Shown one piece after another: positions 51,759-59,611 of a stretch of DNA of 64,000 nt. The stretch is from the NCBI GenBank assembly GCA_963662585.1, contig OY759729.1, positions 192,001 to 256,000 on the forward strand, written 5' to 3'. Under the pieces are notes generated by a model, which did no database searches, was not told the DNA's origin, and saw nothing but the letters and a program-made list of their open reading frames with translations. Origin of the DNA: Candidatus Cloacimonadales bacterium. GTDB taxonomy: Bacteria; Cloacimonadota; Cloacimonadia; Cloacimonadales; JAFGVF01. Each line of letters opens with the position of its first letter. Positions within the stretch are counted from its first letter, which is position 1. Both the position numbers and the translations under genes were made by a program.

Positions 51759-51919
51759 TTTTTCTTAGTCCTTCTAGTTTTAGGAAAAATTATCTCAAGC
51801 TGTTCTTCTTTTCTATCGAAATTAGGGCAGGTTAGTAGAGCTAATGTTTTTAGCTGTTTACACTTCTTTTTACATTTAAGACATAAGTCGTTATATTCTA
51901 TAAATTCTTTTTTTTTCAT
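51755..51919 (-). CDS. Small Cys-rich protein (54 aa), not in the ORF track
   Basis: MKKKEFIEYNDLCLKCKKKCKQLKTLALLTCPNFDRKEEQLEIIFPKTRRTKKK. Starts 1 nt after the upstream stop; its stop overlaps the rsmD start (ATGA). Confidence 0.75.
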   Translation of the reverse strand: MKKKEFIEYNDLCLKCKKKCKQLKTLALLTCPNFDRKEEQLEIIFPKTRRTKKK

Positions 51920-51920
51920 A

Positions 51921-52577
51921 TTAACTATTTTCTATTTTTATAGATGATAAAAGTAAGAATAGGTCTCCTATTTTTATTTCTGAAATTTTTGTATCCTTAT
52001 TATAGTATGTATAGAGAATATTGACGAAATCTTCTACTGTTACCTCAGTATTAATATCCTCACTCTCATTAAGTATCTCATGATAATCTTCTTTTGGTTT
52101 TTCATTCATATCGTCCCCTACCGGATAATAAGATTGCCCTTTTTCTTTTTTTGTAAAGATTGAAACTAACTCTTTATTTTTATTATAATAGAATTCTTCT
52201 GAGGGAACTATTTGAAAATAGTTCTTCTCTTCATCATTAAACAAAATATTAATTAAAGAGTTGTATTCAGGTAGAATTACCTGTTTTTCCTCACCTACTT
52301 CATCCTTGTCTGCTTCACTAGGAGCATTAACTTCAAAAATAATTCCATCCCGATTTTGCTTTTCTTCATTAGACAAAACAATCTTAGTTAAAGATACTTC
52401 TTCATCTTCAACTATATGTTCAGGATTTAATTTTGCTCTTAAGTTCATTACTTTGGTGGCAAAATTATATTTTCCTGTTTCAGTTAGATGTTCATAAATC
52501 CTTAAAGCATCTAAATACAATCCTTGCTGTTCATAAAGTTTAGCAAGTGTTGGAGTTGGATTAAATTTGAATTTCAG
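51921..52577 (-). CDS. Hypothetical protein with an N-terminal TPR-like motif (probable CTG start)
   Basis: ORF 51921..52520 extends in frame upstream, giving TPTLAKLYEQQGLYLDALRIYEHL. GGGAG lies 6 nt before CTG 52577. Confidence 0.7.
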   Translation of the reverse strand: MKFKFNPTPTLAKLYEQQGLYLDALRIYEHLTETGKYNFATKVMNLRAKLNPEHIVEDEEVSLTKIVLSNEEKQNRDGIIFEVNAPSEADKDEVGEEKQVILPEYNSLINILFNDEEKNYFQIVPSEEFYYNKNKELVSIFTKKEKGQSYYPVGDDMNEKPKEDYHEILNESEDINTEVTVEDFVNILYTYYNKDTKISEIKIGDLFLLLSSIKIENS

Positions 52578-52594
52578 TTTTCTCTCCCAAATCT

Positions 52595-53218
52595 TTACTT
52601 TATTCCAATATAAAATTCTTCTTCAATTTTAGCAAGTGTTTTTTTACCGATACCTTTTATAGATAGAAGTTCTTGCATATCAGTTAGTCCCTTATTATTA
52701 TCTCTGAATTGCAGGATCTGATTTGCTTTCTTTTGGCCTATACCTTTAACTTTCATTAAATCTTCAAGGCTTGCTTTATTGATATCCAACTTATTTTTAA
52801 GAGAAATTACTTTTTCTTTAGTTTCTTTACTATTAATGATATTTAGTGAATCACTAGCTAATGGTTTTAGGTAAGGAAGCCACTTAGCTAAACTCTTTTC
52901 CCCAATTCCGTTTATTTGCAGTAAATCATAATTGGAATTAATCCCCACTGAATCTCTAAAGGCAATAATCTTATCAGCAGTTTGCCCACCTATTCCCTTA
53001 ATTTGGACTAATTCATCTTTTGTGGCTTTCCTAATATCCAAAGATAATTCATAGGCTTTTTCAATATCAGCCTTGATGGAATCAGATGAAACTTCTTCAG
53101 AATAAAGCGTATTAAAAGGTTTGTTCATAGCTAGAATAGAAATAAACCCTATCGCCAAAAGAAGCATTAATACTTTTTGTTGACTAGGCGTTAAATAGTT
53201 TCTCAGGAAATTCTTCAT
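52595..53218 (-). CDS. comEA: ComEA family helix-hairpin-helix DNA-binding protein, membrane-anchored, with two HhH units
   Basis: N-terminal TM; LDIRKATKDELVQIKGIG..TADKII and LDINKASLEDLMKVKGIG..KANQI. Confidence 0.85.
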   Translation of the reverse strand: MKNFLRNYLTPSQQKVLMLLLAIGFISILAMNKPFNTLYSEEVSSDSIKADIEKAYELSLDIRKATKDELVQIKGIGGQTADKIIAFRDSVGINSNYDLLQINGIGEKSLAKWLPYLKPLASDSLNIINSKETKEKVISLKNKLDINKASLEDLMKVKGIGQKKANQILQFRDNNKGLTDMQELLSIKGIGKKTLAKIEEEFYIGIK

Positions 53219-53221
53219 AGT

Positions 53222-53614
53222 CTATTTCTTTATTTTAACAAAGGTCGCATTAGCTTCTACACATAGATGGCCATCAAGTTCTATTCTTCCCAGGGTTTTA
53301 ACAGTCCTACTCTTTTCTTGAATAATCTCACCAGTGATTTTTATCTCTTTGCCAGTTGGTACAGCTCTGCGATATTTAATAGTAATTTCACCTGTAACAG
53401 CCTCCATACCTTTTGAGAGGATAATCTTTGCCATTGCTTCATCAAGTAAAGTAGCAATGATTCCTCCGTGGGTTATATTTTCATAACCTTGAAAATTCTC
53501 TGAAACAGTATAGTAGGCAACAGCTTGATTCTCTGGATATTCAAAAGTAAGCTTTAAACCGATTGGATTATTCTGTCCGCAAGCAAAGCAGTTATTATAA
53601 ATAGCTTCTGTCAT
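53222..53614 (-). CDS. PaaI family thioesterase
   Basis: CFACGQNNPIGLKL, HGGIIATLLDEAM. Confidence 0.9.
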   Translation of the reverse strand: MTEAIYNNCFACGQNNPIGLKLTFEYPENQAVAYYTVSENFQGYENITHGGIIATLLDEAMAKIILSKGMEAVTGEITIKYRRAVPTGKEIKITGEIIQEKSRTVKTLGRIELDGHLCVEANATFVKIKK

Positions 53615-53753
53615 AATATCTCCATTTATTCTTTATTTGACAATAATATCTCTAATAAAAAAAAGGTAAAGTATTTTTTTAAAAATTATCTTCATAAAAT
53701 GATTATTATATTGATTTAAACAGAAATTAACCTTGATTGGCAAGAAATTACTA

Positions 53754-53781
53754 TTGACACTATTTACTTATATTTTATAAT
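53754..53781 (+). promoter_or_regulatory. Sigma70-type promoter for the lipoprotein-ruvX-mltG-rph operon
   Basis: TTGACA (53754) - 16 nt - TATAAT (53776), 60 nt upstream of ATG 53842. The background is AT-rich. Confidence 0.6.
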
Positions 53782-53841
53782 AGTCTTAGATAAATAATTA
53801 TAAAATAACTAAAATAAAGTAAGGATGTACTAAGGTTTATA

Positions 53842-54417
53842 ATGAAAATATTTAACAGAATATTATTAATATTTGTAGTTTTAATAACTCTTTCCTGTGG
53901 AATCTTTGATCCTCGTAAGAGTGATGATCCCGAGAACCCTGTTCCCTGGGTATCCTATCCTATTAATAAGGAACAGATTATGGAAAACCTAAAGTATAGT
54001 TATAACTATTCTGAAAACACTAATAACTATGAGAAAATATTCACTGATGATTTCATCTTTTATTTTTCTTCTCAAGATATAAATGAACACAGTACTCCTT
54101 CGCAACTTAACATTGGACAAGAGAAAGAGATGTTAATTAATCTTCATAAAGACATGATTGGTTTAGAAAAAGCTGTTTTCTTAGACAGTCTGAACGCTTT
54201 AGCGGATCAAGATGATATTGTTAATAGTGATTCTGCAACTCTGTATAGAACCTATTATTTAAGAATTGATGGAAGGAATCCTCAAGTCTATCAAGGGCAG
54301 GCGGAATTTCATCTTATTCTTAGTAGCGATAATTCTTGGAAGATTAAAATTTGGAGAGATTACCGAACAACTTCAAACCAAACTTGGGGGCTTTTGAAAA
54401 ATGACTACACATTATAA
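53842..54417 (+). CDS. Hypothetical lipoprotein (possibly NTF2-like)
   Basis: Lipobox TLSC; NYEKIFTDDFIF; WKIKIWRD. Confidence 0.75.
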   Translation: MKIFNRILLIFVVLITLSCGIFDPRKSDDPENPVPWVSYPINKEQIMENLKYSYNYSENTNNYEKIFTDDFIFYFSSQDINEHSTPSQLNIGQEKEMLINLHKDMIGLEKAVFLDSLNALADQDDIVNSDSATLYRTYYLRIDGRNPQVYQGQAEFHLILSSDNSWKIKIWRDYRTTSNQTWGLLKNDYTL

Positions 54418-54976
54418 ATTACTGCTAATTTTAGTACTGATGCTATTACTGGGATGTGAGAATCCTTTTAATCCTTCATCACACAACGATAATCCAACTG
54501 ATTTTGAGCCTAACACAACAATACCACAACTACTCATTAATCTTGAAGATGCTTACAGACAGAAGAATTTAGACTTATATGAGTATTGTTTAGCTGATGA
54601 TTTTAGATTTCAGTTGATAGCTTCAGAAGTATCTGATATAGGTATAGACTTAGATAATGATGGAGTTAATGATGATGAATGGGGTTTTCAGCAAGAGATT
54701 GAATATCATAAGAATTTGTTTGAAACAGGTTCTTCTGATGGACAGTATCCTCCTCCAGACCAAATTGATTTGCGTTTCGGTGGAGAGCCAATTATTGATG
54801 ATGATTTAGAAGAAGGGCATGAGGGATGGAAGATCGTATCCACTTATTTCACTTTGAATCTTACTTTTTTAAATAGTACCAATATCAGTGCTTTAGGTTA
54901 TGCAAGATTCTATTTAAAACCAATTAATGAAGAGTGGAAGATTGCGATTTGGCGTGATGAGTCCAGTATCTATTAG
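54401..54976 (+). CDS. Hypothetical lipoprotein, paralog of the upstream gene
   Basis: Lipobox LLGC-ENPF; YEYCLADDFRF; WKIAIWRDES. Confidence 0.75.
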   Translation: MTTHYKLLLILVLMLLLGCENPFNPSSHNDNPTDFEPNTTIPQLLINLEDAYRQKNLDLYEYCLADDFRFQLIASEVSDIGIDLDNDGVNDDEWGFQQEIEYHKNLFETGSSDGQYPPPDQIDLRFGGEPIIDDDLEEGHEGWKIVSTYFTLNLTFLNSTNISALGYARFYLKPINEEWKIAIWRDESSIY

Positions 54977-54989
54977 GAAGTAAATTATT

Positions 54990-55403
54990 ATGGATAGATT
55001 AATGGCCATAGATTATGGCGAAAAAAGAATTGGAATAGCTCTTACAGACCCCTTAAAGATGTTTGCCAAACCTTTTCAAGTGTTGGAGAATAAAGGCAAA
55101 CAGATATTTTTAAGTGATTTAGCAGTTCTGATTAAAGAACAGTGTGTTTCAGAGATTATATTAGGCTATCCCTTAGGAGAAAGTGGTCAGCAAACTAAAA
55201 AGACTTTAGAAATTATCAAATTACATAAATTTTTAGTAAAGAACTTAGATATAAAAATTACTCTACATGATGAGAGATTTTCTACTGTTGATGCTAACAA
55301 TGAATTAAAAAGATTAGGCTATAATTATATGCAAGCTAAGAAAGTTATCGATATGGTTGCAGCAAGTTTAATTCTGAAATCATACCTAGAGGAGCTTAAT
55401 TAG
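54990..55403 (+). CDS. ruvX: Holliday junction resolvase-like protein RuvX/YqgF
   Basis: MAIDYGEKRIGIALTD, LGYPL, DERFST, IDMVAASLIL. Confidence 0.95.
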   Translation: MDRLMAIDYGEKRIGIALTDPLKMFAKPFQVLENKGKQIFLSDLAVLIKEQCVSEIILGYPLGESGQQTKKTLEIIKLHKFLVKNLDIKITLHDERFSTVDANNELKRLGYNYMQAKKVIDMVAASLILKSYLEELN

Positions 55404-55407
55404 TAAA

Positions 55408-56430
55408 ATGAAAAGTACAATGAGAAAAATAATTTCTGTTTTAATCGTAGCTATCTCTATTTTTAGCTATATGGCTTTCAAAGCTATTAAAACCCCTACC
55501 TTAGAAAATGAAGCAACTGTTATCACTTTAAATATTGAGAGTGGTTCTTCTGTTTCTCAAATTGCAGACAAACTAGTAAGAGCTCAGTTAATTACTAATG
55601 CCAAATGGTTCAAGCTCTACACTATGCTTACTGGTAAAGATAAAGAGATTAAAAGTGGTGTTTATAAAATTAGAGGTGGACTTAATTTAATTGAGATTGT
55701 AGACTTTATTACCAATAATGAGAATCAAGAAGTGTATTTTTATCCTAATAAAATATCAATACCAGAAGGTTTAGCTTTGGAGCAAATTGAAAAGAAGTTA
55801 ATTGAAGCTAGGTTAGGAAGTAAAGAAGAGATTAAAAATATATTTTATGATAAGAAGTTTATTAAATCTCAACTTGGAATAGAAGCTAGCTCATTAGAAG
55901 GCTTTATTTACCCTAAAACCTATTTCTATGAAGATGGTATTACTCTCAAAGAGTTTTTAATTAAATATCCTCTTAATGAATTTAAGAAAGAGTTTGCTGA
56001 ATCATTAACAGACTCTTCTTTTTACAAGAATTTAATCTTAGCCTCTATTGTAGAAAAAGAATCGGGCTCTGCAGCTGAAAAACCTATTGTTGCTTCTGTC
56101 TTTAAAAACCGGCTAAAGAAGCGGATGACCCTCTCTTCCTGCGCAACCCACAATAAAATCTTTTTTGCAAGAGGAAAAAAGCCACCAAAAGTCTTACTTA
56201 ATGTTCATTTAGATATTGATTCGCCTTATAATACATATAGAAATATCGGACTCCCTCCTACACCAATTTGTTCCCCAGCTAAAGATAGCTTTGAGGCAGT
56301 TGTTTCCGGAGTTAATACAGATTACCTTTATTTCTTTGCTGATTTTAAAGGAAATAATATTTTCTCTGTTACCTATCAAGAACACAATCGTAAAAAAAAA
56401 AGCTCTTGGCGAAATAACAGTTTAAGATAA
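55408..56430 (+). CDS. mltG: Endolytic transglycosylase MltG
   Basis: IPEGL, LEGFIYPKTY, LASIVEKE, DSPYNTY..GLPPTPICSP, YLYF. Confidence 0.93.
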   Translation: MKSTMRKIISVLIVAISIFSYMAFKAIKTPTLENEATVITLNIESGSSVSQIADKLVRAQLITNAKWFKLYTMLTGKDKEIKSGVYKIRGGLNLIEIVDFITNNENQEVYFYPNKISIPEGLALEQIEKKLIEARLGSKEEIKNIFYDKKFIKSQLGIEASSLEGFIYPKTYFYEDGITLKEFLIKYPLNEFKKEFAESLTDSSFYKNLILASIVEKESGSAAEKPIVASVFKNRLKKRMTLSSCATHNKIFFARGKKPPKVLLNVHLDIDSPYNTYRNIGLPPTPICSPAKDSFEAVVSGVNTDYLYFFADFKGNNIFSVTYQEHNRKKKSSWRNNSLR

Positions 56431-56446
56431 TTAAAGGATATAATTA

Positions 56447-57142
56447 ATGAGAAAAGTTACAATTACTCCTAATATCAATATGTGGTCTTTAGGTTCAGTT
56501 ATTATTGAAGTCGGCAATACCAAAATCATCTGTAATGTTACCCTAGATGATAATCCTCCTTCTTTTTGTGCAGAAAAGAGACAAGGCTGGTTAACTGCTG
56601 AGTATAGTATGTTACCTGCTGCCACCAATTACCGAACAAAACGAGAAGTTACCAGAGGTAAAATTACAGGTCGAACTGCTGAAATTCAAAGACTTATAGG
56701 TAGAGCACTTCGAGGCATAGTTGATTTAAAAGCCTTAGAAGGTTATGGAATCACAGTTGACTGTGATGTTATTCAAGCTGATGGTGGAACGAGAACAGCA
56801 TCTATTACAGGAGCTTGTGTGGCTTTGGAAATAGCATTTTCTAAACTTCTTGCTGAAGGTTTAATTATGACTAATCCCCTAAAAGAAAGAGTAGCTGCTA
56901 TCAGTGTCGGTATAGTAAATGACCAAGTTGTACTAGATATGGACTATAATAATGATTCTCAGGCAGAAGTAGATTTAAATGTAGTAATGACCGAGTCAGG
57001 CAAACTAATCGAATTGCAAGGAACCGCAGAAGGGTCACCTTTCAGCAGAGCAGATTTAGATAAGATGCTATCAGCTGCCGAGACTGGAATTAAGAAGCTA
57101 ATAGCTATTCAGGCTAAATCGCTGTCAGAAGTAGTTAATTAA
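56447..57142 (+). CDS. rph: Ribonuclease PH
   Basis: GWLTAEYSMLP, GRTAEIQRLIGRALR, DCDVIQADGGTRTASITGA, QGTAEG.PF. Confidence 0.96.
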   Translation: MRKVTITPNINMWSLGSVIIEVGNTKIICNVTLDDNPPSFCAEKRQGWLTAEYSMLPAATNYRTKREVTRGKITGRTAEIQRLIGRALRGIVDLKALEGYGITVDCDVIQADGGTRTASITGACVALEIAFSKLLAEGLIMTNPLKERVAAISVGIVNDQVVLDMDYNNDSQAEVDLNVVMTESGKLIELQGTAEGSPFSRADLDKMLSAAETGIKKLIAIQAKSLSEVVN

Positions 57143-57167
57143 ATAAATAAATAAATTAGGATATAAT

Positions 57168-57617
57168 ATGATTAAACAACATAGAGAAATTACCGACCCA
57201 AACCACATTGAAGCTATCTTTAAATTATCCATTGTTTGTCGAGTTGCTTTTAATGATTCACCTGCACCATATATTATTCCGATGAATTATGGTTATCATG
57301 ATAATAAGCTGTATCTTCATACTGCTAATCTTGGCTATAAACTGGATCTTATTAAGCAGAATAACAATGTTGGATTTGTTATAGAAAACCGTCTTGAGAT
57401 GGTTCAAGGTAATAACGGAACAACAATGAAATATCAGTCTATTGTAGGCCAAGGAATCATAGAAGTTATTCAAGATGCTGATGAAAAGCAAAAAGCACTT
57501 AAATATCTAATCGAGCACCATGGTGGAAAATTCTCTCAACACTCCGAGAAATCACTAGCCAGTGTAACCATGCTGGTGATAAATATTACTAAATTAACAG
57601 CCAAAGCAAATTTATAA
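57168..57617 (+). CDS. Pyridoxamine 5'-phosphate oxidase / NimA-like flavin-binding protein
   Basis: REITD, CRVAF...PYIIPMNY...LYLH...G.K, YQSIVGQG. Confidence 0.85.
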   Translation: MIKQHREITDPNHIEAIFKLSIVCRVAFNDSPAPYIIPMNYGYHDNKLYLHTANLGYKLDLIKQNNNVGFVIENRLEMVQGNNGTTMKYQSIVGQGIIEVIQDADEKQKALKYLIEHHGGKFSQHSEKSLASVTMLVINITKLTAKANL

Positions 57618-57632
57618 AGCAGAAGAGGAAAT

Positions 57633-58775
57633 ATGTTTGAATATTTAAAAACCGGCAAGTATTTTGCCCAAGTAGCCGGTGGATTAGAAGCACATGCCCA
57701 AGAAGAATTAATCTCCTTAGGTGCAGAAATTATCCAAGAAGTACCTAGAGGATTCAGATTCGCTTGTGACAAAGAAACCCTATACAAAATCATCTATAAA
57801 GCAAGATTAATCCAAAGAGTATTAGCTCCTCTGATTAGTTTAGATTGCCATAGCGAAAAATATCTCTATTCTCAACTTAACAAGAATGTAGATTGGATAT
57901 CTCTTTTTAATTTAGATGAGACATTCTCAATTGTAAGTAATGTGAGCGATTCTAAAATAGGTAATTCTCTATACGCGGGTCAAGTTATGAAAGATGCTAT
58001 TTGCGACCAATTCAGGGATAAATTTAATGCTAGACCTAACTTTACGACCAAAGACCCTGATATATCCTTCTCGCTTCATATTAGGAAAAACCTAGCAACT
58101 GTTTCTTTTGATGTTGCAGGAAAAAGCTTGCATAAAAGAAACTACCGTCAGGGTGTTAATGTTGCACCTATGCAAGAGACTCTAGCAGCAGCAGTAATAA
58201 AACTTACTGAATGGCATGGTGAGACTATCCTTATGGATGTTATGTGTGGTTCAGGAACCCTTATCATAGAAGCTTTAATGAAATATTGCAATATCCCAGC
58301 AGGTTATCTCCGTGATGATAGCGGTATTTATTATCTTCCTGATTTTAACGAAGAACTCTGGCTTAAAGTAAGAAAAGATGCCAATGATGAAATCATTGAA
58401 CTACCTGAAGGACTTATCTTTGGTTCTGATGTTAGCTCAAAATCTCTATCTTATACCCGTAAAGCCTTAGATCTTTTACCTTCAGGGGATAAAGTTACTC
58501 TCAAAGTTTCTAAATTCCAAGACCTTCCAGTAGGTGAGAATCGCACAATAGTCTGCAATCCCCCTTATGGTGTCAGAATGGGAAACCTAGATAGAACAGT
58601 AGAACTTTACAAAGAAATAGGTGATTTCCTTAAACAAAAATGCCCAAAAAGCACTGCTTATGTTCTTTGCGGAAGTGCTGAATTAGTACCTAAATTAAGA
58701 CTAAGAGCTCATTGGAAAAAGTCTTTAAAAAATGGTAATCTTGATACTAAGTTAGCTAAGATTATTATTAAATAG
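57633..58775 (+). CDS. THUMP-domain class I SAM RNA methyltransferase (RlmL/YpsC-like)
   Basis: GLE...EL, SLHKRNYR...APMQETLAAA, DVMCGSGTLIIEA, CNPPYG.RM. Confidence 0.9.
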   Translation: MFEYLKTGKYFAQVAGGLEAHAQEELISLGAEIIQEVPRGFRFACDKETLYKIIYKARLIQRVLAPLISLDCHSEKYLYSQLNKNVDWISLFNLDETFSIVSNVSDSKIGNSLYAGQVMKDAICDQFRDKFNARPNFTTKDPDISFSLHIRKNLATVSFDVAGKSLHKRNYRQGVNVAPMQETLAAAVIKLTEWHGETILMDVMCGSGTLIIEALMKYCNIPAGYLRDDSGIYYLPDFNEELWLKVRKDANDEIIELPEGLIFGSDVSSKSLSYTRKALDLLPSGDKVTLKVSKFQDLPVGENRTIVCNPPYGVRMGNLDRTVELYKEIGDFLKQKCPKSTAYVLCGSAELVPKLRLRAHWKKSLKNGNLDTKLAKIIIK

Positions 58776-58786
58776 AAGAAGAGATA

Positions 58787-58882
58787 GAGAGACGGAGAGA
58801 CGGAGAGACGGAGAGACGGAGAGAAATAGAGTAGAAAATACTTTCACACGAATTAGCACTAATTAAGACGAATTTCACGAAT
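58787..58882 (+). repeat. Short tandem repeats: (GAGAGACG)4 followed by degenerate ACGAATT repeats
   Basis: 58787-58824 is GAGAGACG x4 plus GAGAGA. 58845-58882 is CACACGAATTAGCACTAATTAAGACGAATTTCACGAAT. Confidence 0.85.
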
Positions 58883-58897
58883 GTAGGCTCAAGATTA

Positions 58898-59570
58898 ATC
58901 CCCTTCTATGAGGGGGACGCAGGGGGTGTTTCCTATGGAATGGAAGCGTCCCTGCTTCCAGCTGGCGACGCGGAGGTCCCCAGTCCATAGGCACTTGCTT
59001 CCATTAACTGGGGTTACGGACCTTTAGTCCGTGAATTTTAAATTATGGAGTGGAAGCGTCCCCGCTTCCAGCTGGAGACGCGGAGGTCCCCAGTCCATAG
59101 GCACCTTCTTCCATTAACTGGGGTTACGGACCTTTAGTCCGTGAATGTCAAACTCTCCGCTTTAGTGCTGAAGGCACGCTATAAGAGGGGTGGCTGCGAA
59201 GCAGCTTTTAACTGGGAACGCAGGCATCTTGCCTGCACCCAGCATGAAATGCTGGGTAATCTTAAGATAATATTAGATTTTGATAAGGTGTTTCGCATGC
59301 AAGGTGCATGCAATCCGGCAGAAGAAGTCTTTGCTCATTTATAATTTATCCCCTTCAGCGAGGAGGAAACAGGGGGTGTTTTTCTTCTATGGAGTGGAAG
59401 CGTCCCTGCTTCCAGCTGGCGACGCGGAGGTCCCCAGTCCATAGGCACCTGCTTCCATTAACTGGGGTTACGGACCTTTAGTCCGTGAATGTCAAACTCC
59501 CCGCTTTAGTGCTGAAGGCACGCTAAAAGAGGGGATGATAATTCACCCCTACATAACCCCTTCCATGAGG
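58898..59570. repeat. Mosaic palindromic repeat cluster 3
   Basis: Three copies of TGGAAGCGTCCC.GCTTCCA-GCTGG.GACGCGGAGGTCCCCAGTCCATAG-...-TTAACTGGGGTTACGGACCTTTAGTCCGTGAAT (at about 58941, 59051 and 59395). The same modules occur at 8538-8745. Confidence 0.95.
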
Positions 59571-59611
59571 TGAACAATAGTCATTTATTCAAAAAGGAGT
59601 AAGATTTAACC

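Noticed and set aside
56400..56470. Frameshifted or truncated rph N-terminus
   Set aside because: The protein lacks the usual first ~10 residues, but it has an AAGGA SD and all core motifs. No convincing missing segment was found in another frame.
59141..59344. 67-aa ORF
   Set aside because: It lies entirely within repeat cluster 3.
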